From Candidatus Roizmanbacteria bacterium CG_4_10_14_0_2_um_filter_36_35 (lineage in GTDB: Bacteria > Patescibacteriota > Microgenomatia > UBA1406 > GWC2-37-13), in assembly GCA_002792355.1 (NCBI GenBank), contig PFOE01000064.1, forward strand, positions 1 to 45,905: a stretch of DNA of 45,905 nt, read 5' to 3'. Positions within the stretch are counted from its first letter, which is position 1; the number at the start of each line of letters is the position of its first letter. Positions 17,785 through 27,861 of the stretch are shown here, piece by piece. Below the pieces are notes generated by a model that searched no databases, was not told the DNA's origin, and was given only the letters and a program-made list of their open reading frames with translations. The position numbers were made by a program, and so were the translations under genes.

Positions 17785-19545
17785 CTAGGAAATTAGCTTT
17801 TTTTCTATCTCTTTTAGGTTATTACTTAAAGACAATAACTCGTTTTTTCGCTTTTCCGATTCTTCCTTTTCAGCTAGAATTTTTTTAATCTCTCTTTTCA
17901 GATAATATCTTTTAATCTCTATGGCAAGCTTCGAAATATTTTCCGAACTGAGATTGTGTTCTGATGAAGAAAAAAGATAGAGTTCGTCAAATATTTGTCT
18001 CAACTCAGGGGAAAGTTTAGCAACAAAGCGGTTAAGGTCGAATCGTTTTTGTCCGTTATTGTCTAAAAAAAATTTGGCGACTTTTTGGTGGCTTGGCAGT
18101 AAAAAATTATCCCAGCTGATAATAGAAAAAATTTTGCCGGCGGCTATAGATGGATCTTCTTCTTGGAAAATATAACTCAACAGATATCTCTCTATAATTA
18201 CTTCTCTTTCTTCTTTTGATTTTGGCTGAAAACTTGGCTTGAAAGAAACTAGTTGCTTTCTTTTTCTTCTGATTCTCGACATTATTGTCTCGATGCTTAC
18301 CTCGCTGACTCCTAATATAGAAGAGATTTTTTTTACATAATGAGATCTGACAATCGGATTAGTTATTCTTTCAATAAATGGAATCACTTCTTCGCCAATC
18401 TTTTTTTTGTCAAACGAGGTATCTTCAGAGTATTTTTTTTGAGCCACCTTAATCAAAAAATCATATATGGGAATTGGTCTACTAATGGCCTTTTTAAAAG
18501 CCTGTAGATCTGTTCTGACAGCCTCATCCGGATCTTTACCTATTGGTAATTTAACTATTCTTACTTCGAGATCCAATTTCTCTGCTTCTTCAATTCCTCT
18601 TCGGGTCGACTCCTCTCCAGCTATATCGGCATCCAGTGCCAAAGTAATCTTGTCAGTATATCTTTTTAAAAGCATTAATTGCTCATTCGTCAACGCCGTC
18701 CCTTTAACGGCGACAAAATTGATAAAACCATTTTGATAAGGTGAAATCACATCAAACTCTCCCTCAACTATATAGACGTTTTTTTCTTTTTTTATCGTTT
18801 CTTTAGCCAAGTTAATTCCAAAAAGGGTTTCTCTCTTATGATAGATCGGAGTTTCCGGAGTATTAATATATTTGGCTTGTTTGTCTTTTTCGTCAAGACT
18901 ACGGCCGGAAAAACCAATCACATAATCACGGCTGTCTTTAATAGGAAACATCAATCTGCCCCGAAACCGGTCATAATAACTGCCTCTTTCGCTTTTTACC
19001 AAAAGTCCGTTTTCATAGACCTCTTTTTCTTCAAATTTTTTCTTTTTCAAAAATAAGCGTAACGAGTCCCAGCTTGAAGGCGCGTAACCTAGTTGAAATT
19101 TTTTTATTGTGGCTGGTTTTATATCTCGATTTTTAAGATATGCCATTCCTTTTTCTCCAAATTTAGTTTTGTTAAGAAGATATTCAAAAAACTCTACCGC
19201 AAATAAGTTCATGTTGAAATAACGTTCTCTTTTCTTCCAGACCTTGTCTTCAAAACTAATCTTCTTTAAAGTGATACCGGTTTTTTGGGCGAGTTCCCTT
19301 AAAGCTTCTATAAAGGTTATGTTTTCCCACTTCATCAAGAACTTGATGACGTCACCACCTTCTCCGCAAGCGCCAAAACAATGCCAAATCTGGCGTTCAG
19401 GGGAGATAACAAAAGAAGGTGTTTTTTCGCTGTGAAACGGGCAAATCGCTTTAAAATTCCTACCAGCTTTTTTTAAGCTAATAAAACTCCCTATGTATTC
19501 AATAATGTCCAATCGTTTTTTAATCTCTTCAACAGGATTATCCAT
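17785..19545 (-). CDS. dnaG: DNA primase
   Basis: [11 protein letters not shown] zinc finger, [26 protein letters not shown] motifs. Confidence 0.97.
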   Translation of the reverse strand: MDNPVEEIKKRLDIIEYIGSFISLKKAGRNFKAICPFHSEKTPSFVISPERQIWHCFGACGEGGDVIKFLMKWENITFIEALRELAQKTGITLKKISFEDKVWKKRERYFNMNLFAVEFFEYLLNKTKFGEKGMAYLKNRDIKPATIKKFQLGYAPSSWDSLRLFLKKKKFEEKEVYENGLLVKSERGSYYDRFRGRLMFPIKDSRDYVIGFSGRSLDEKDKQAKYINTPETPIYHKRETLFGINLAKETIKKEKNVYIVEGEFDVISPYQNGFINFVAVKGTALTNEQLMLLKRYTDKITLALDADIAGEESTRRGIEEAEKLDLEVRIVKLPIGKDPDEAVRTDLQAFKKAISRPIPIYDFLIKVAQKKYSEDTSFDKKKIGEEVIPFIERITNPIVRSHYVKKISSILGVSEVSIETIMSRIRRKRKQLVSFKPSFQPKSKEEREVIIERYLLSYIFQEEDPSIAAGKIFSIISWDNFLLPSHQKVAKFFLDNNGQKRFDLNRFVAKLSPELRQIFDELYLFSSSEHNLSSENISKLAIEIKRYYLKREIKKILAEKEESEKRKNELLSLSNNLKEIEKKLIS

Positions 19546-19637
19546 CGTTATCTTATTCTATCACGCCATAATGGAAAAAAGAAGGTAGGTTTGGAAACGG
19601 GATTGATATTTATTTTTTTTTGTCCTATATTTAAATT

Positions 19638-21074
19638 ATGCTTTACCTTTTCATAGACAATCACACTATAAAATTTCTCGCCTTAAAAAAAACTCTTCTC
19701 GGTCAAGAAGAAGCTTATTTTTTTGAAAAAACCTATGAGGCGCAACTCTTGGATAAAGGCCGTCCAATCAATATCGACCTCTTGGCATCGGCGATAAAAG
19801 AAGTCGTCACTTCGTCCTCAAAAGCTACTTCTGACAATCAAACCTTTCTCATTCTTCCCCAAGAAGCTTTTTATTATTTTCGAACTGAAGTTCCTTCAGA
19901 CATCGCTCCTACAGCTCTAGATTCATTTGTTGTTGATAAAGCCAGAGCTTTGCTTCCGATTCTGCCTGATGATTTAATTGGAGATTCTTTTATTAAAGAA
20001 AGCGATGGTCAAAAAGTGGTCACCTACCTTGGCTTAGAGAAAGAAAGTTATGAAGATTACAGACAAACACTCTCCTTAATCGACCTAAAAATTGTTTCTA
20101 TTTTACCCGATAGTTTGGCTTATTTTAAACTTTTCGAAAAAACTCTAAAACCGGAAAAAAAAGAAATGATTCTTTATACGATTCTAGGCAAAGATTCTAT
20201 TAACGGTTATTTATTTGATAACTTCGGTCTGCTCGATGAGAAAAAATTCTCGATTAAGTTAGAAGGGGAAAATAAAGCTGAAACTATTCTTAAGGAAAAA
20301 GCTGAGACTCTAAAAAATGATAAAAAGAAATTAAACCGGATTATTATTTCTGGGCCCGGTTCCGATAAAATCAGACAGGATACTTTTACAAAATCGGTCG
20401 GCGTCTGGACCAATCCACTAAAACGAATCGTCCCGACTTTTTATGAATCATATTTGAAAATGCTAGTTGTTGACAATAATAAACCCTTCCCTCTTTTAAA
20501 TCTTGACGTTTGTTTCGGCGCTTTTATCTTTAATCAAGAGGAAAAGTTTTCTTTAATGAAAAACGGATATAAAGCAAAGGGTAAGAAATCTTTCTCCTTA
20601 CCTACTCTATTATTACCAAAAAAAGAGATATTCCTCTTTATTGGATCGTTTGCGCTATCATTTGGTCTTTTCTTGTTGGTTTCTAATTTTAAGTCTATTA
20701 AGCTTCCTTCTTTTAAAAACCAATCACTAGTTAAAAATAATCCGTCACCAACTACCGTTCCGTCACCCACACCAACTCCATCTTTCAAAAAAGAAGAGTT
20801 GAAAATAAAAGTCCTAAACGGATCGGGAACCGCCGGAAAAGCTTCGGAGATGAAAGATATTTTAAAAAATAAAGGCTATCAGGAAATAATTACCGGCAAT
20901 GCTGATAACTATGATTATATAAAGACAGAACTTCAAGTAAAGAAGTCAAAAATCCAGGCTTTCGGTATGATTAAAACTGACCTTAAAGATTATTTAACTT
21001 CTCCTAAAGAAACGTCTTTGGACGAAAAAGAAACTCCTGATGTTGTCATTATTATCGGAACCGATTTTAAGTAA
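19638..21074 (+). CDS. Membrane protein: PilM/actin-like N-terminal region, TM, Pro/Thr linker, LytR C-terminal domain
   Basis: KVLNGSGTAGKA...DVVIIIGTD is LytR_C-like; the PilM-like call for the N-terminus is tentative. Confidence 0.55.
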   Translation: MLYLFIDNHTIKFLALKKTLLGQEEAYFFEKTYEAQLLDKGRPINIDLLASAIKEVVTSSSKATSDNQTFLILPQEAFYYFRTEVPSDIAPTALDSFVVDKARALLPILPDDLIGDSFIKESDGQKVVTYLGLEKESYEDYRQTLSLIDLKIVSILPDSLAYFKLFEKTLKPEKKEMILYTILGKDSINGYLFDNFGLLDEKKFSIKLEGENKAETILKEKAETLKNDKKKLNRIIISGPGSDKIRQDTFTKSVGVWTNPLKRIVPTFYESYLKMLVVDNNKPFPLLNLDVCFGAFIFNQEEKFSLMKNGYKAKGKKSFSLPTLLLPKKEIFLFIGSFALSFGLFLLVSNFKSIKLPSFKNQSLVKNNPSPTTVPSPTPTPSFKKEELKIKVLNGSGTAGKASEMKDILKNKGYQEIITGNADNYDYIKTELQVKKSKIQAFGMIKTDLKDYLTSPKETSLDEKETPDVVIIIGTDFK

Positions 21075-21555
21075 TATCTTCTATTTCTGGATTGACTAGT
21101 TTTTTATAATCTTCTGATTTTATAGCGATTGAGTACCTTCGGTCGCCGGCGTTGAAGATTATTTTTTCGTTTTCAAACAGTTTCTGATCGACGATAACTT
21201 TGATATTAAAAAAATTTCCAAAAGGTGGAACTCCTCCTATCTGAACCCCTCCAGCGACATTATTAATTTCTTCTGGGGTAGCAAAACGGATATCCTTTAC
21301 CTGCAAAACCTGTTTAACCTTATTATTGTCAAATTTCAAATCGCCAGGTAAAACCAGCATGACAAATCTTTTATCTGCTTCATTATTTTTTGCTCGAATG
21401 ATCATTGCCTTTGCTCCTTGTTTTAATGAGTAACCTTGTCTGATTTTTGCTGCTTCTTCACTGGTTTTCACCGGTTCATGCTCAAACGTCTCAAACCAAA
21501 AATTATTCTTTGTCAGCAGATCTTTAATTTTATTAACAACCGGATGATAATCCAT
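21067..21555 (-). CDS. YbaK/ProX-family aminoacyl-tRNA deacylase
   Basis: HEPVKTSEEAA, GAKAM, GGVPPFG, FNAG motifs. Confidence 0.85.
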   Translation of the reverse strand: MDYHPVVNKIKDLLTKNNFWFETFEHEPVKTSEEAAKIRQGYSLKQGAKAMIIRAKNNEADKRFVMLVLPGDLKFDNNKVKQVLQVKDIRFATPEEINNVAGGVQIGGVPPFGNFFNIKVIVDQKLFENEKIIFNAGDRRYSIAIKSEDYKKLVNPEIEDIT

Positions 21556-21615
21556 ATTATGTATTTTTATTTTATATAATATCAACATATTTACAAAGGT
21601 TAAAGACTCGGCAAC

Positions 21616-21685
21616 GTAATTTTTATCACACGAGAGTCTCTCCCTCGCCTAAAGGCGGGGCACCTCTCGAAAGTGAAAAAATTCC
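21616..21685. repeat. Family-B imperfect palindromic repeat, copy 2 (inverted relative to copy 1)
   Basis: gtaatttttatcacacgagagtctc...ctcgaaagtgaaaaaatt. Confidence 0.85.
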
Positions 21686-21706
21686 GTTCCCTCGTCTTTT
21701 CAAATG

Positions 21707-21826
21707 TTGCGGGTGTCGAAGAGAAAGGGATTCCGGACGGCCTGCCTGCCGGCAGGCAGGCGCGCAGTCGAGAGGTATTGATCGAAACGAGCAGCGGCGG
21801 GGATGAATCTGAGACAGGACCCGCAA
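21707..21826. repeat. GC-rich element with terminal inverted repeats and a nested 22-bp perfect palindrome
   Basis: ttgcgggt...acccgcaa ends; gcctgcctgccggcaggcaggc at 21740-21761. Confidence 0.6.
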
Positions 21827-21839
21827 AAAAATAAACTCT

Positions 21840-22847
21840 ATGGAAAAAGAAGAACTAAAGAAAAAATTAGATAGTATTCTTGCTAAGGCCGATTCAAAAA
21901 CCAAAAAGCAAGAGATTGCTGATTTGGAAAAACAATCTGCAGTAGAGAATTTTTGGTCTGATCCTAAAAAAGCCAGTGAGATAATGAAAAAGATTACAGC
22001 TCTAAAAAAAGAAGTCGACGATATCGAAATGATGCAGCTTTTGTTTGAAGAAAACAACCTCAAAGAAACCGAGAAATTAATTAATCAATACGAAATTCTT
22101 CTTTTTCTTTCTGGCCCTTACGATAAAGGGGGCGCTATTTTTTCTATCCAAGCCGGACAAGGCGGCACCGAAGCAATGGATTGGTCAAACATGCTTTTCC
22201 GTATGTATACCAGATATTTTGAAAGAAAGGGTTGGTCTTATGAAGAAATAGACAGGGTCGAGGGAGACGAGGCCGGCATCAAATCAACGACTTTAAATGT
22301 TAATGGACTCTTTGCTTACGGATACCTAAAATGTGAGGCTGGAGTCCATCGCCTAGTCAGACAGTCTCCTTTCAATGCCGATCGCCTTCGCCAGACATCT
22401 TTCGCCTCTGTCGAAGTCTTACCCCAAATTGAGGATAAAGAAATAAAAATAAGAGATGAAGACATTGAATGGCAGTTCTATCGATCAGGCGGAAAAGGAG
22501 GACAAAATGTCAATAAAGTGGCAACCGCTGTCCGACTCATTCATAAACCAACCGGTATCGTTGTCTCCTGCCAAACAGAAAGATATCAAGGAGCTAATCG
22601 TGAAAGCTCCCTGAAAATTCTCCGGGCCAAACTTTGGCAGATCGAAGAGGAAAAAAAGGAAAAAACCGTCGCCGGGTTCAAAACCGGAATGATTGCTTCC
22701 TGGGGAAGACAGATCCGCTCCTATGTGCTTCATCCTTATAAATTGATTAAAGACCTACGAACAGATTTTGAAGAAAATAATGTTGATATGATTTTAGATG
22801 GAGAACTTGACGAATTTATTGAAGCGTTTTTAAAGAAAAATAAATAG
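21840..22847 (+). CDS. prfB: Peptide chain release factor 2 (no programmed frameshift)
   Basis: SPF anticodon-mimic motif (VRQSPF), GGQ, GVHRLVR; continuous ORF. Confidence 0.95.
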   Translation: MEKEELKKKLDSILAKADSKTKKQEIADLEKQSAVENFWSDPKKASEIMKKITALKKEVDDIEMMQLLFEENNLKETEKLINQYEILLFLSGPYDKGGAIFSIQAGQGGTEAMDWSNMLFRMYTRYFERKGWSYEEIDRVEGDEAGIKSTTLNVNGLFAYGYLKCEAGVHRLVRQSPFNADRLRQTSFASVEVLPQIEDKEIKIRDEDIEWQFYRSGGKGGQNVNKVATAVRLIHKPTGIVVSCQTERYQGANRESSLKILRAKLWQIEEEKKEKTVAGFKTGMIASWGRQIRSYVLHPYKLIKDLRTDFEENNVDMILDGELDEFIEAFLKKNK

Positions 22848-22895
22848 ATCCTAAAGATTTGATATTTTTTTCAAAAATTGTTATTCTAATTGAAT

Positions 22896-23330
22896 ATGGA
22901 TACTAATAATTTAATTCACAATCTCGATCAAAAACCAGTTCAGAGCGAATTCAGTTACGGAAAATTTTTTATCTTTGTCGGAATTGCTGTTATTTTAGGT
23001 ACCGCTTTGGGATTTGGTCTAACTAAACTGCCTAAAAAAGGAAAATCGGTCAACCTTAGTTCGGCTCAGGCCGAAAAGACCGTTGGTATTGTCGATAAAA
23101 AAACTTTTAAGGATAAAGCCGAAGGCAGTTTGAAGGAAGGCGGCATTGACGGAGAAGGCAACTTTCACTTAGAGAGACCTGGGGGCGTATCTCAAAACGT
23201 TTATTTGACTTCAACTACAGTTGATCTTTCCCAATATATTAATAAAAAAGTAAGAGTTTGGGGAGAAACTTTTGCTGCCGAAAAAGCCGGCTGGTTGATG
23301 GACGTCGGATTAGTTGAAATTCTTAAATGA
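22896..23330 (+). CDS. Hypothetical membrane-anchored protein
   Basis: Single N-terminal TM and beta-rich C-terminal domain; TTGATA-17-TATTCT promoter 8 nt upstream. Confidence 0.6.
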   Translation: MDTNNLIHNLDQKPVQSEFSYGKFFIFVGIAVILGTALGFGLTKLPKKGKSVNLSSAQAEKTVGIVDKKTFKDKAEGSLKEGGIDGEGNFHLERPGGVSQNVYLTSTTVDLSQYINKKVRVWGETFAAEKAGWLMDVGLVEILK

Positions 23331-23351
23331 CCCTCATTACAATTAAAGAGA

Positions 23352-23447
23352 GTCATCCTGAGCGATCCCGACTGAGTCGGGAGAGTCGAAGGGTCCTATT
23401 ACAAATAGACCTAATTATATAGATTCCTCGCTTCGCTCGGAATGACA
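23352..23447. repeat. Family-A doublet immediately upstream of the ftsE RBS
   Basis: gtcatcctgag...gaagggtcc / agattcctcgcttcgctcggaatgaca, followed by AGGAGGT. Confidence 0.85.
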
Positions 23448-23457
23448 AGGAGGTTAT

Positions 23458-24135
23458 ATGATTGTATTTGATAAAGTCTCTAAAAAATTTCCTTTAGGTA
23501 ATTTTGCCTTAAACGAGGTTTCCTTTGAAATAGATAATAATGAATTTCTCTTTTTGGTCGGTCCGTCGGGCGCCGGAAAAACAAGTGTTATTAAATTAAT
23601 TCTGAAGGAGCTTTTGCCTTCTTCTGGTTCTATCCTAATTGATGATGAAGATATTTCTTCACCTGTTTTTAAGAAGGTTACCGAACTAAGGCGAAAAATT
23701 GGTGTTGTTTTTCAGGATTTTAAGATTCTTCTTGACAAAAATGTTTTTGAAAATATTGCCATTGCTTGCCAAATCAAAAACCTATCTCATTCTCAAACAA
23801 AAAATCAGGTCAAGGAAGCTCTCTCTTTAGTCAATCTCTCTAAAAAAGAGGGTGTCTTTCCAGTCCAACTATCAGCGGGTGAATTACAACGAGTTGCTAT
23901 CGCACGCGCCATCGCTGACGAAAGAAAATATTTGCTAGTCGATGAACCAACGGGTAACCTTGATCCAAAAACTTCCTGGGAAATTATGAAGATATTTAAA
24001 AAACTAGAAGGGAAAAAAACTATCATTATTGCTACTCATAATAGCGACATTGTCAATAGTTTTCAAAAAAGAGTCTTGGTTTTAAAAGAAGGTAAGCTCG
24101 TCAAAGATCAAAGAAAAGGGGGTTATAACATATGA
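23458..24135 (+). CDS. ftsE: Cell division ATP-binding protein FtsE
   Basis: GPSGAGKT, GVVFQDFK, LSAGE, DEPTGNLD; adjacent to ftsX. Confidence 0.9.
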   Translation: MIVFDKVSKKFPLGNFALNEVSFEIDNNEFLFLVGPSGAGKTSVIKLILKELLPSSGSILIDDEDISSPVFKKVTELRRKIGVVFQDFKILLDKNVFENIAIACQIKNLSHSQTKNQVKEALSLVNLSKKEGVFPVQLSAGELQRVAIARAIADERKYLLVDEPTGNLDPKTSWEIMKIFKKLEGKKTIIIATHNSDIVNSFQKRVLVLKEGKLVKDQRKGGYNI

Positions 24136-25028
24136 AAGAAATCTTTACCTCTCTAAGAAGAACTCCATATCAGTCCTTAGCCGGATTTTTGGTGCTATTT
24201 TTTACCCTGTTTCTTTCCCTGGTGCTTCTTATTTCTTTAAGTTTTGTCAATGGATTCTTAAGTTATATAGAAACAAGGCCGCAAGTTACCGTTTATTTCC
24301 AACCAAAAACTCCAGAAAATAATATTTTCAAAGTCCGTGATGAACTATCAGCTTCGGGAAAAACCCTTTCTATAAAATATATCAACCAAAACCAGGCCTT
24401 CGAAATCTACAAAAATCTAAACAAAGATAACCCTCTCCTTTTAGAAATGGTTTCCGCCGACATCCTGCCTCCATCTTTGGAAATCTACGCCAAAAAACCC
24501 ATCTATCTTCCGGAAATTGCCGAATACCTTAAAAAACAGGGTGATGTCGACGAAGTTCAATATCAAAAAGATATCGTTGATAAATTACTTAATCTAACCA
24601 ACGTTTTGAGAAGAAGTAGCCTTATATTCTTTATTTACCTGATCTTCATGTCGATTATTGTCTTGACGACTTCGACTCTGTTTAAAATCGCTTTAAAAAG
24701 TAAGGAAATTGAGATTTTGAGATTACTTGGCGCCTCCAATAATTACATTAGAAAACCATACCTGATTGAGGGACTGTTTTTTGGATGCGCTGCTTCGTTA
24801 ATCTCTTTTGTTATTGTTATTGGAACTTTTTTTTATTTTAACCCGTTTTTGAAAAGTTATCTTGCTGGAGTTCATTCTTTAACTCTTGACCTTTACGTAA
24901 CAAAACTAACGGTCTGGCCGATGAACACGGTTTTTTTTGCCGTGATGTTTTCTCTTTCTTTGATTTTTGGCTGCATCATCGCTGTTGTTTCTTCCTTCCT
25001 TGCAACTCAAAAATACTTAAAAGTGTAA
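24132..25028 (+). CDS. ftsX: Cell division permease FtsX
   Basis: 4-TM topology with large extracellular loop; EIEILRLLGAS...PYLIEG. Confidence 0.9.
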   Translation: MKEIFTSLRRTPYQSLAGFLVLFFTLFLSLVLLISLSFVNGFLSYIETRPQVTVYFQPKTPENNIFKVRDELSASGKTLSIKYINQNQAFEIYKNLNKDNPLLLEMVSADILPPSLEIYAKKPIYLPEIAEYLKKQGDVDEVQYQKDIVDKLLNLTNVLRRSSLIFFIYLIFMSIIVLTTSTLFKIALKSKEIEILRLLGASNNYIRKPYLIEGLFFGCAASLISFVIVIGTFFYFNPFLKSYLAGVHSLTLDLYVTKLTVWPMNTVFFAVMFSLSLIFGCIIAVVSSFLATQKYLKV

Positions 25029-25041
25029 GTATAATTAGAGT

Positions 25042-26202
25042 ATGAACCTCAAGAAAATCCTAATCTTAATTGTTATATTGTTAAATTGTTATATTGTTGG
25101 GCTAATTTTTGCTCAAGATAATTCCCAAGCTTCGGATTTACAAAAAAAGATTAACGAATATCAAACAAAGCTCTCCGAACTTCGTCAACAAAAAAATACC
25201 CTATCTTCTCAAATTCAGTATATGGATACTCAGATATATTTAACTAATTTACAGGTCCAAGATACAGAACAAAAAATAACTTCAACTACTAAAGAAATCG
25301 ATATTCTTGGAACTAGAATTGAAGGGCTTGATGAATCTCTCAACTACATATCAAAATTGCTTCTAAATAAAATAGTAGAGGGTTATAAACAAAGATCTGT
25401 CTCGCTATTTAGCCTCCTTTTTGATAGTCAAAACGCTGATGATCTTTTGGCAAAAATAAAATATGTCAAGACTACCAGAGACAACAATCAAAGACTTATT
25501 GTCCAAGTTCAACAAGCTAAATCCAATTTCGAAGAACAGAAAAAATTAAGGGAGGAAAAAAAAGTCGAACTTGATAATTTAAAAACAAGGTTGGCTCAAC
25601 AAAAAAATGATCTTGATAATCAAAAGGTCGCCAAACAAAGATTGTTAACGGAAACTCAAAACAGCGAACAAGTCTACCAGGGATTATTGGCTAAAGCTCA
25701 AGCCGAATACGCTGCCATACAAGGGATCGTTGCCGGTGCCGGTATAGAAACACAGATTCGTGAAGTTAAAAAAGGAGATGTTATCGCTACAGTAATTTCA
25801 GGGGCTTCTTGTAATTCTTCAGGAACACATCTTCATTTTATTGTTCAAGATGGTGGAAACGTGCAAAATCCATTTAACTACCTTAAGGATGTAGATCATG
25901 CAGATTATTCAGAAGGTGATCCTTGGAGTCCTTCAGGCAACTGGGATTGGCCGGTTTCACCAGCAATAGAATATTATCAAGGATACGGAGAAACTTGGGC
26001 GGTTCGTAATACTTGGGTAGGAAATATTTACCGTTTTCATAACGGAATAGATGTATTTGGATCTTCATATAATGTTTATGCTGTTGCTGATGGAACCTTA
26101 TATCGGGGTAGTTACACTGTTGGATGTACTCTATCTTATGCTAAATTAGTCCATAAAGATTCAAACACATCAACTCTTTATCTTCATACATATACTCAAT
26201 GA
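25042..26202 (+). CDS. Secreted coiled-coil protein with circularly permuted M23 peptidase domain (EnvC-like position)
   Basis: Signal peptide, long coiled coil, GTHLHF motif preceding the FHNGID and TLYLH motifs. Confidence 0.8.
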   Translation: MNLKKILILIVILLNCYIVGLIFAQDNSQASDLQKKINEYQTKLSELRQQKNTLSSQIQYMDTQIYLTNLQVQDTEQKITSTTKEIDILGTRIEGLDESLNYISKLLLNKIVEGYKQRSVSLFSLLFDSQNADDLLAKIKYVKTTRDNNQRLIVQVQQAKSNFEEQKKLREEKKVELDNLKTRLAQQKNDLDNQKVAKQRLLTETQNSEQVYQGLLAKAQAEYAAIQGIVAGAGIETQIREVKKGDVIATVISGASCNSSGTHLHFIVQDGGNVQNPFNYLKDVDHADYSEGDPWSPSGNWDWPVSPAIEYYQGYGETWAVRNTWVGNIYRFHNGIDVFGSSYNVYAVADGTLYRGSYTVGCTLSYAKLVHKDSNTSTLYLHTYTQ

Positions 26203-26278
26203 ATGCTAGTCAGTGAGACTTCCTTAACAATATAGCCTTATAACAATCTAATAATATAGTTTTGTAGCGTATAGTCCG

Positions 26279-26307
26279 TTGACAAAAGAGTTTATAAAGT
26301 TTATAAA
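26279..26307 (+). promoter_or_regulatory. Putative sigma70 promoter
   Basis: TTGACA-17-TATAAA, 8 nt before ATG 26316; the -10 lies within a 9-mer tandem repeat. Confidence 0.55.
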
Positions 26308-26315
26308 GTCCATAA

Positions 26316-27548
26316 ATGAACATTTTTATCATGAGATCCCTCGTCGTCGCTTCGCTCCTCCTCGGGATAACAGCGGGAGGGGTTTTTGCCCAATCCAAGA
26401 TTTTAATAAACGAGTTTCTCATCGATCCCCAACCTCAACAAGTGGAAATAATAAACGATGGGGCAGAAAGTGCTGATCTGAGCGGGTGGATTATTGATGA
26501 TTCCGGCGGAACGACTTTTTATACCATTCCTCAATCAAGTATTTTATACCCAAATTCCTGTTTGGTTTTTTCCGGCGACTTTAATCTTAATAAAACCTCT
26601 GCTGATACAATCAGATTAATAAATAATACCGAACTAATTGATTCTTTCTCTTACAAATCAAGTTCTGGATCAGGAATTTCCTATTTTCGTCTGCCTGATG
26701 GAGAAAATAATTGGACAACAGGAAGTGCTAATCTAGGTTTGTTTAACTTCTCTAAATTATCCTGCTTAATAACGCCAACACCGATTCCTACCGAAATAAT
26801 ATTTTTATCACCTACCCTCACTCCCGGAGTGAGTTTTGAACCGACAGAAATACCAGAACCAATGCCGGCTTCCTACAATAATATTTTTATAAACGAAGTC
26901 ATGGTTAATCCTGAATCCGGAGGAAACGAATGGGTTGAACTATATAATAATAATGACTTTACTGTTTCCTTAACCAACTGGTATATCGATGACATAGAGA
27001 ACTCCGGTTCGACTCCAAAAACATTTTCCTTAGAAATTCCTGCTAAAGAATACCGTGTCTTTAATCTTTCCTCATCGATATTTAACAACGACAGCGACAA
27101 TATTAGACTGTTGGATTTTAATAAATTTTTAAAAGATAGTTTTGAATACGGTTCTTCAACTCAAGGAAAAACCTGGGGAAGAATTGACTTAAATAACGAT
27201 AATTTTTGTCTCCAAGAACCATCTTATGAAACAACAAATAATCCATGTTTAAATCCAACCTCTAACCCAACACCGTCGTCCATTAAAACCTTAACCCTAA
27301 CTAAAACAACAATTTTTACGAATAAATCTACAGTTAAACCGTTAAATTACAATGTATCAACCTTACCTGCCGGCAGGCAGGTATATCATAACCGAGGAAA
27401 TGTTTTAGGAATATCAACCAATAAAACTAATAATGATTTTTTATTAATTCACATTCTAAGCTTTATCTCTTTGTCTTATTCCTTGTTAGTTGTAATTTCT
27501 GTTTTAATTAAAAATAAAATTCTAAATAAATATGTCCTGGCAAGTTAA
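26316..27548 (+). CDS. Surface protein with two lamin-tail domains and a C-terminal TM anchor
   Basis: Two INE...VE(I/L).N...L.(G/N)W.IDD repeats, Pro/Thr linkers, signal peptide. Confidence 0.8.
   Translation: MNIFIMRSLVVASLLLGITAGGVFAQSKILINEFLIDPQPQQVEIINDGAESADLSGWIIDDSGGTTFYTIPQSSILYPNSCLVFSGDFNLNKTSADTIRLINNTELIDSFSYKSSSGSGISYFRLPDGENNWTTGSANLGLFNFSKLSCLITPTPIPTEIIFLSPTLTPGVSFEPTEIPEPMPASYNNIFINEVMVNPESGGNEWVELYNNNDFTVSLTNWYIDDIENSGSTPKTFSLEIPAKEYRVFNLSSSIFNNDSDNIRLLDFNKFLKDSFEYGSSTQGKTWGRIDLNNDNFCLQEPSYETTNNPCLNPTSNPTPSSIKTLTLTKTTIFTNKSTVKPLNYNVSTLPAGRQVYHNRGNVLGISTNKTNNDFLLIHILSFISLSYSLLVVISVLIKNKILNKYVLAS
26334..26372. repeat. Single family-A arm in-frame, encoding the signal-peptide core
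   Basis: agATCCCtcgtcgtcgcttcgctcctcctcGGGATaaca = RSLVVASLLLGIT. Confidence 0.75.
27362..27382. repeat. cctgccggcaggcagg mini-palindrome in-frame (LPAGRQV)
   Basis: Matches the 21740-21761 palindrome. Confidence 0.75.
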
Positions 27549-27861
27549 ATTTTTCCAAACAAAACGTAGCGATTATCCTGTTAAGGATTTTATTGAAAAA
27601 TTAGATAAACCTTTATATATTAAAATCCTTCGTTATATTGACTTAATTAGAAACAGTGGTTTTCTTCTTAAACCTCCTTATGTAAAAAAAATTCAAGATG
27701 GAATTTGGGAACTTCGTATTACTGGAAAGATTCAAATTAGAATTATTTATAGTTTTTTTAATAATATTTTTTATTTACTTCATGCTTTTAAAAAGAAAAA
27801 ACAAAAAATTCCATTAAAAGAATTATCAATAGCTCTTGACAGAATGAAAGAATTAATATAG
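27532..27861 (+). CDS. RelE/ParE-superfamily (Gp49/HigB-like) toxin
   Basis: PVKDFI, PYVKKI..GIWELR, LLHAFKKKKQKIP; lies upstream of an XRE gene. Confidence 0.85.
   Translation: MSWQVKFFQTKRSDYPVKDFIEKLDKPLYIKILRYIDLIRNSGFLLKPPYVKKIQDGIWELRITGKIQIRIIYSFFNNIFYLLHAFKKKKQKIPLKELSIALDRMKELI

Noticed and set aside
21840-21920. prfB +1 programmed frameshift
   Set aside because: No CTT-TGA site; the ORF is continuous.
21626-22063. 145-aa minus-strand ORF
   Set aside because: Antisense to prfB plus read-through of three repeat elements.
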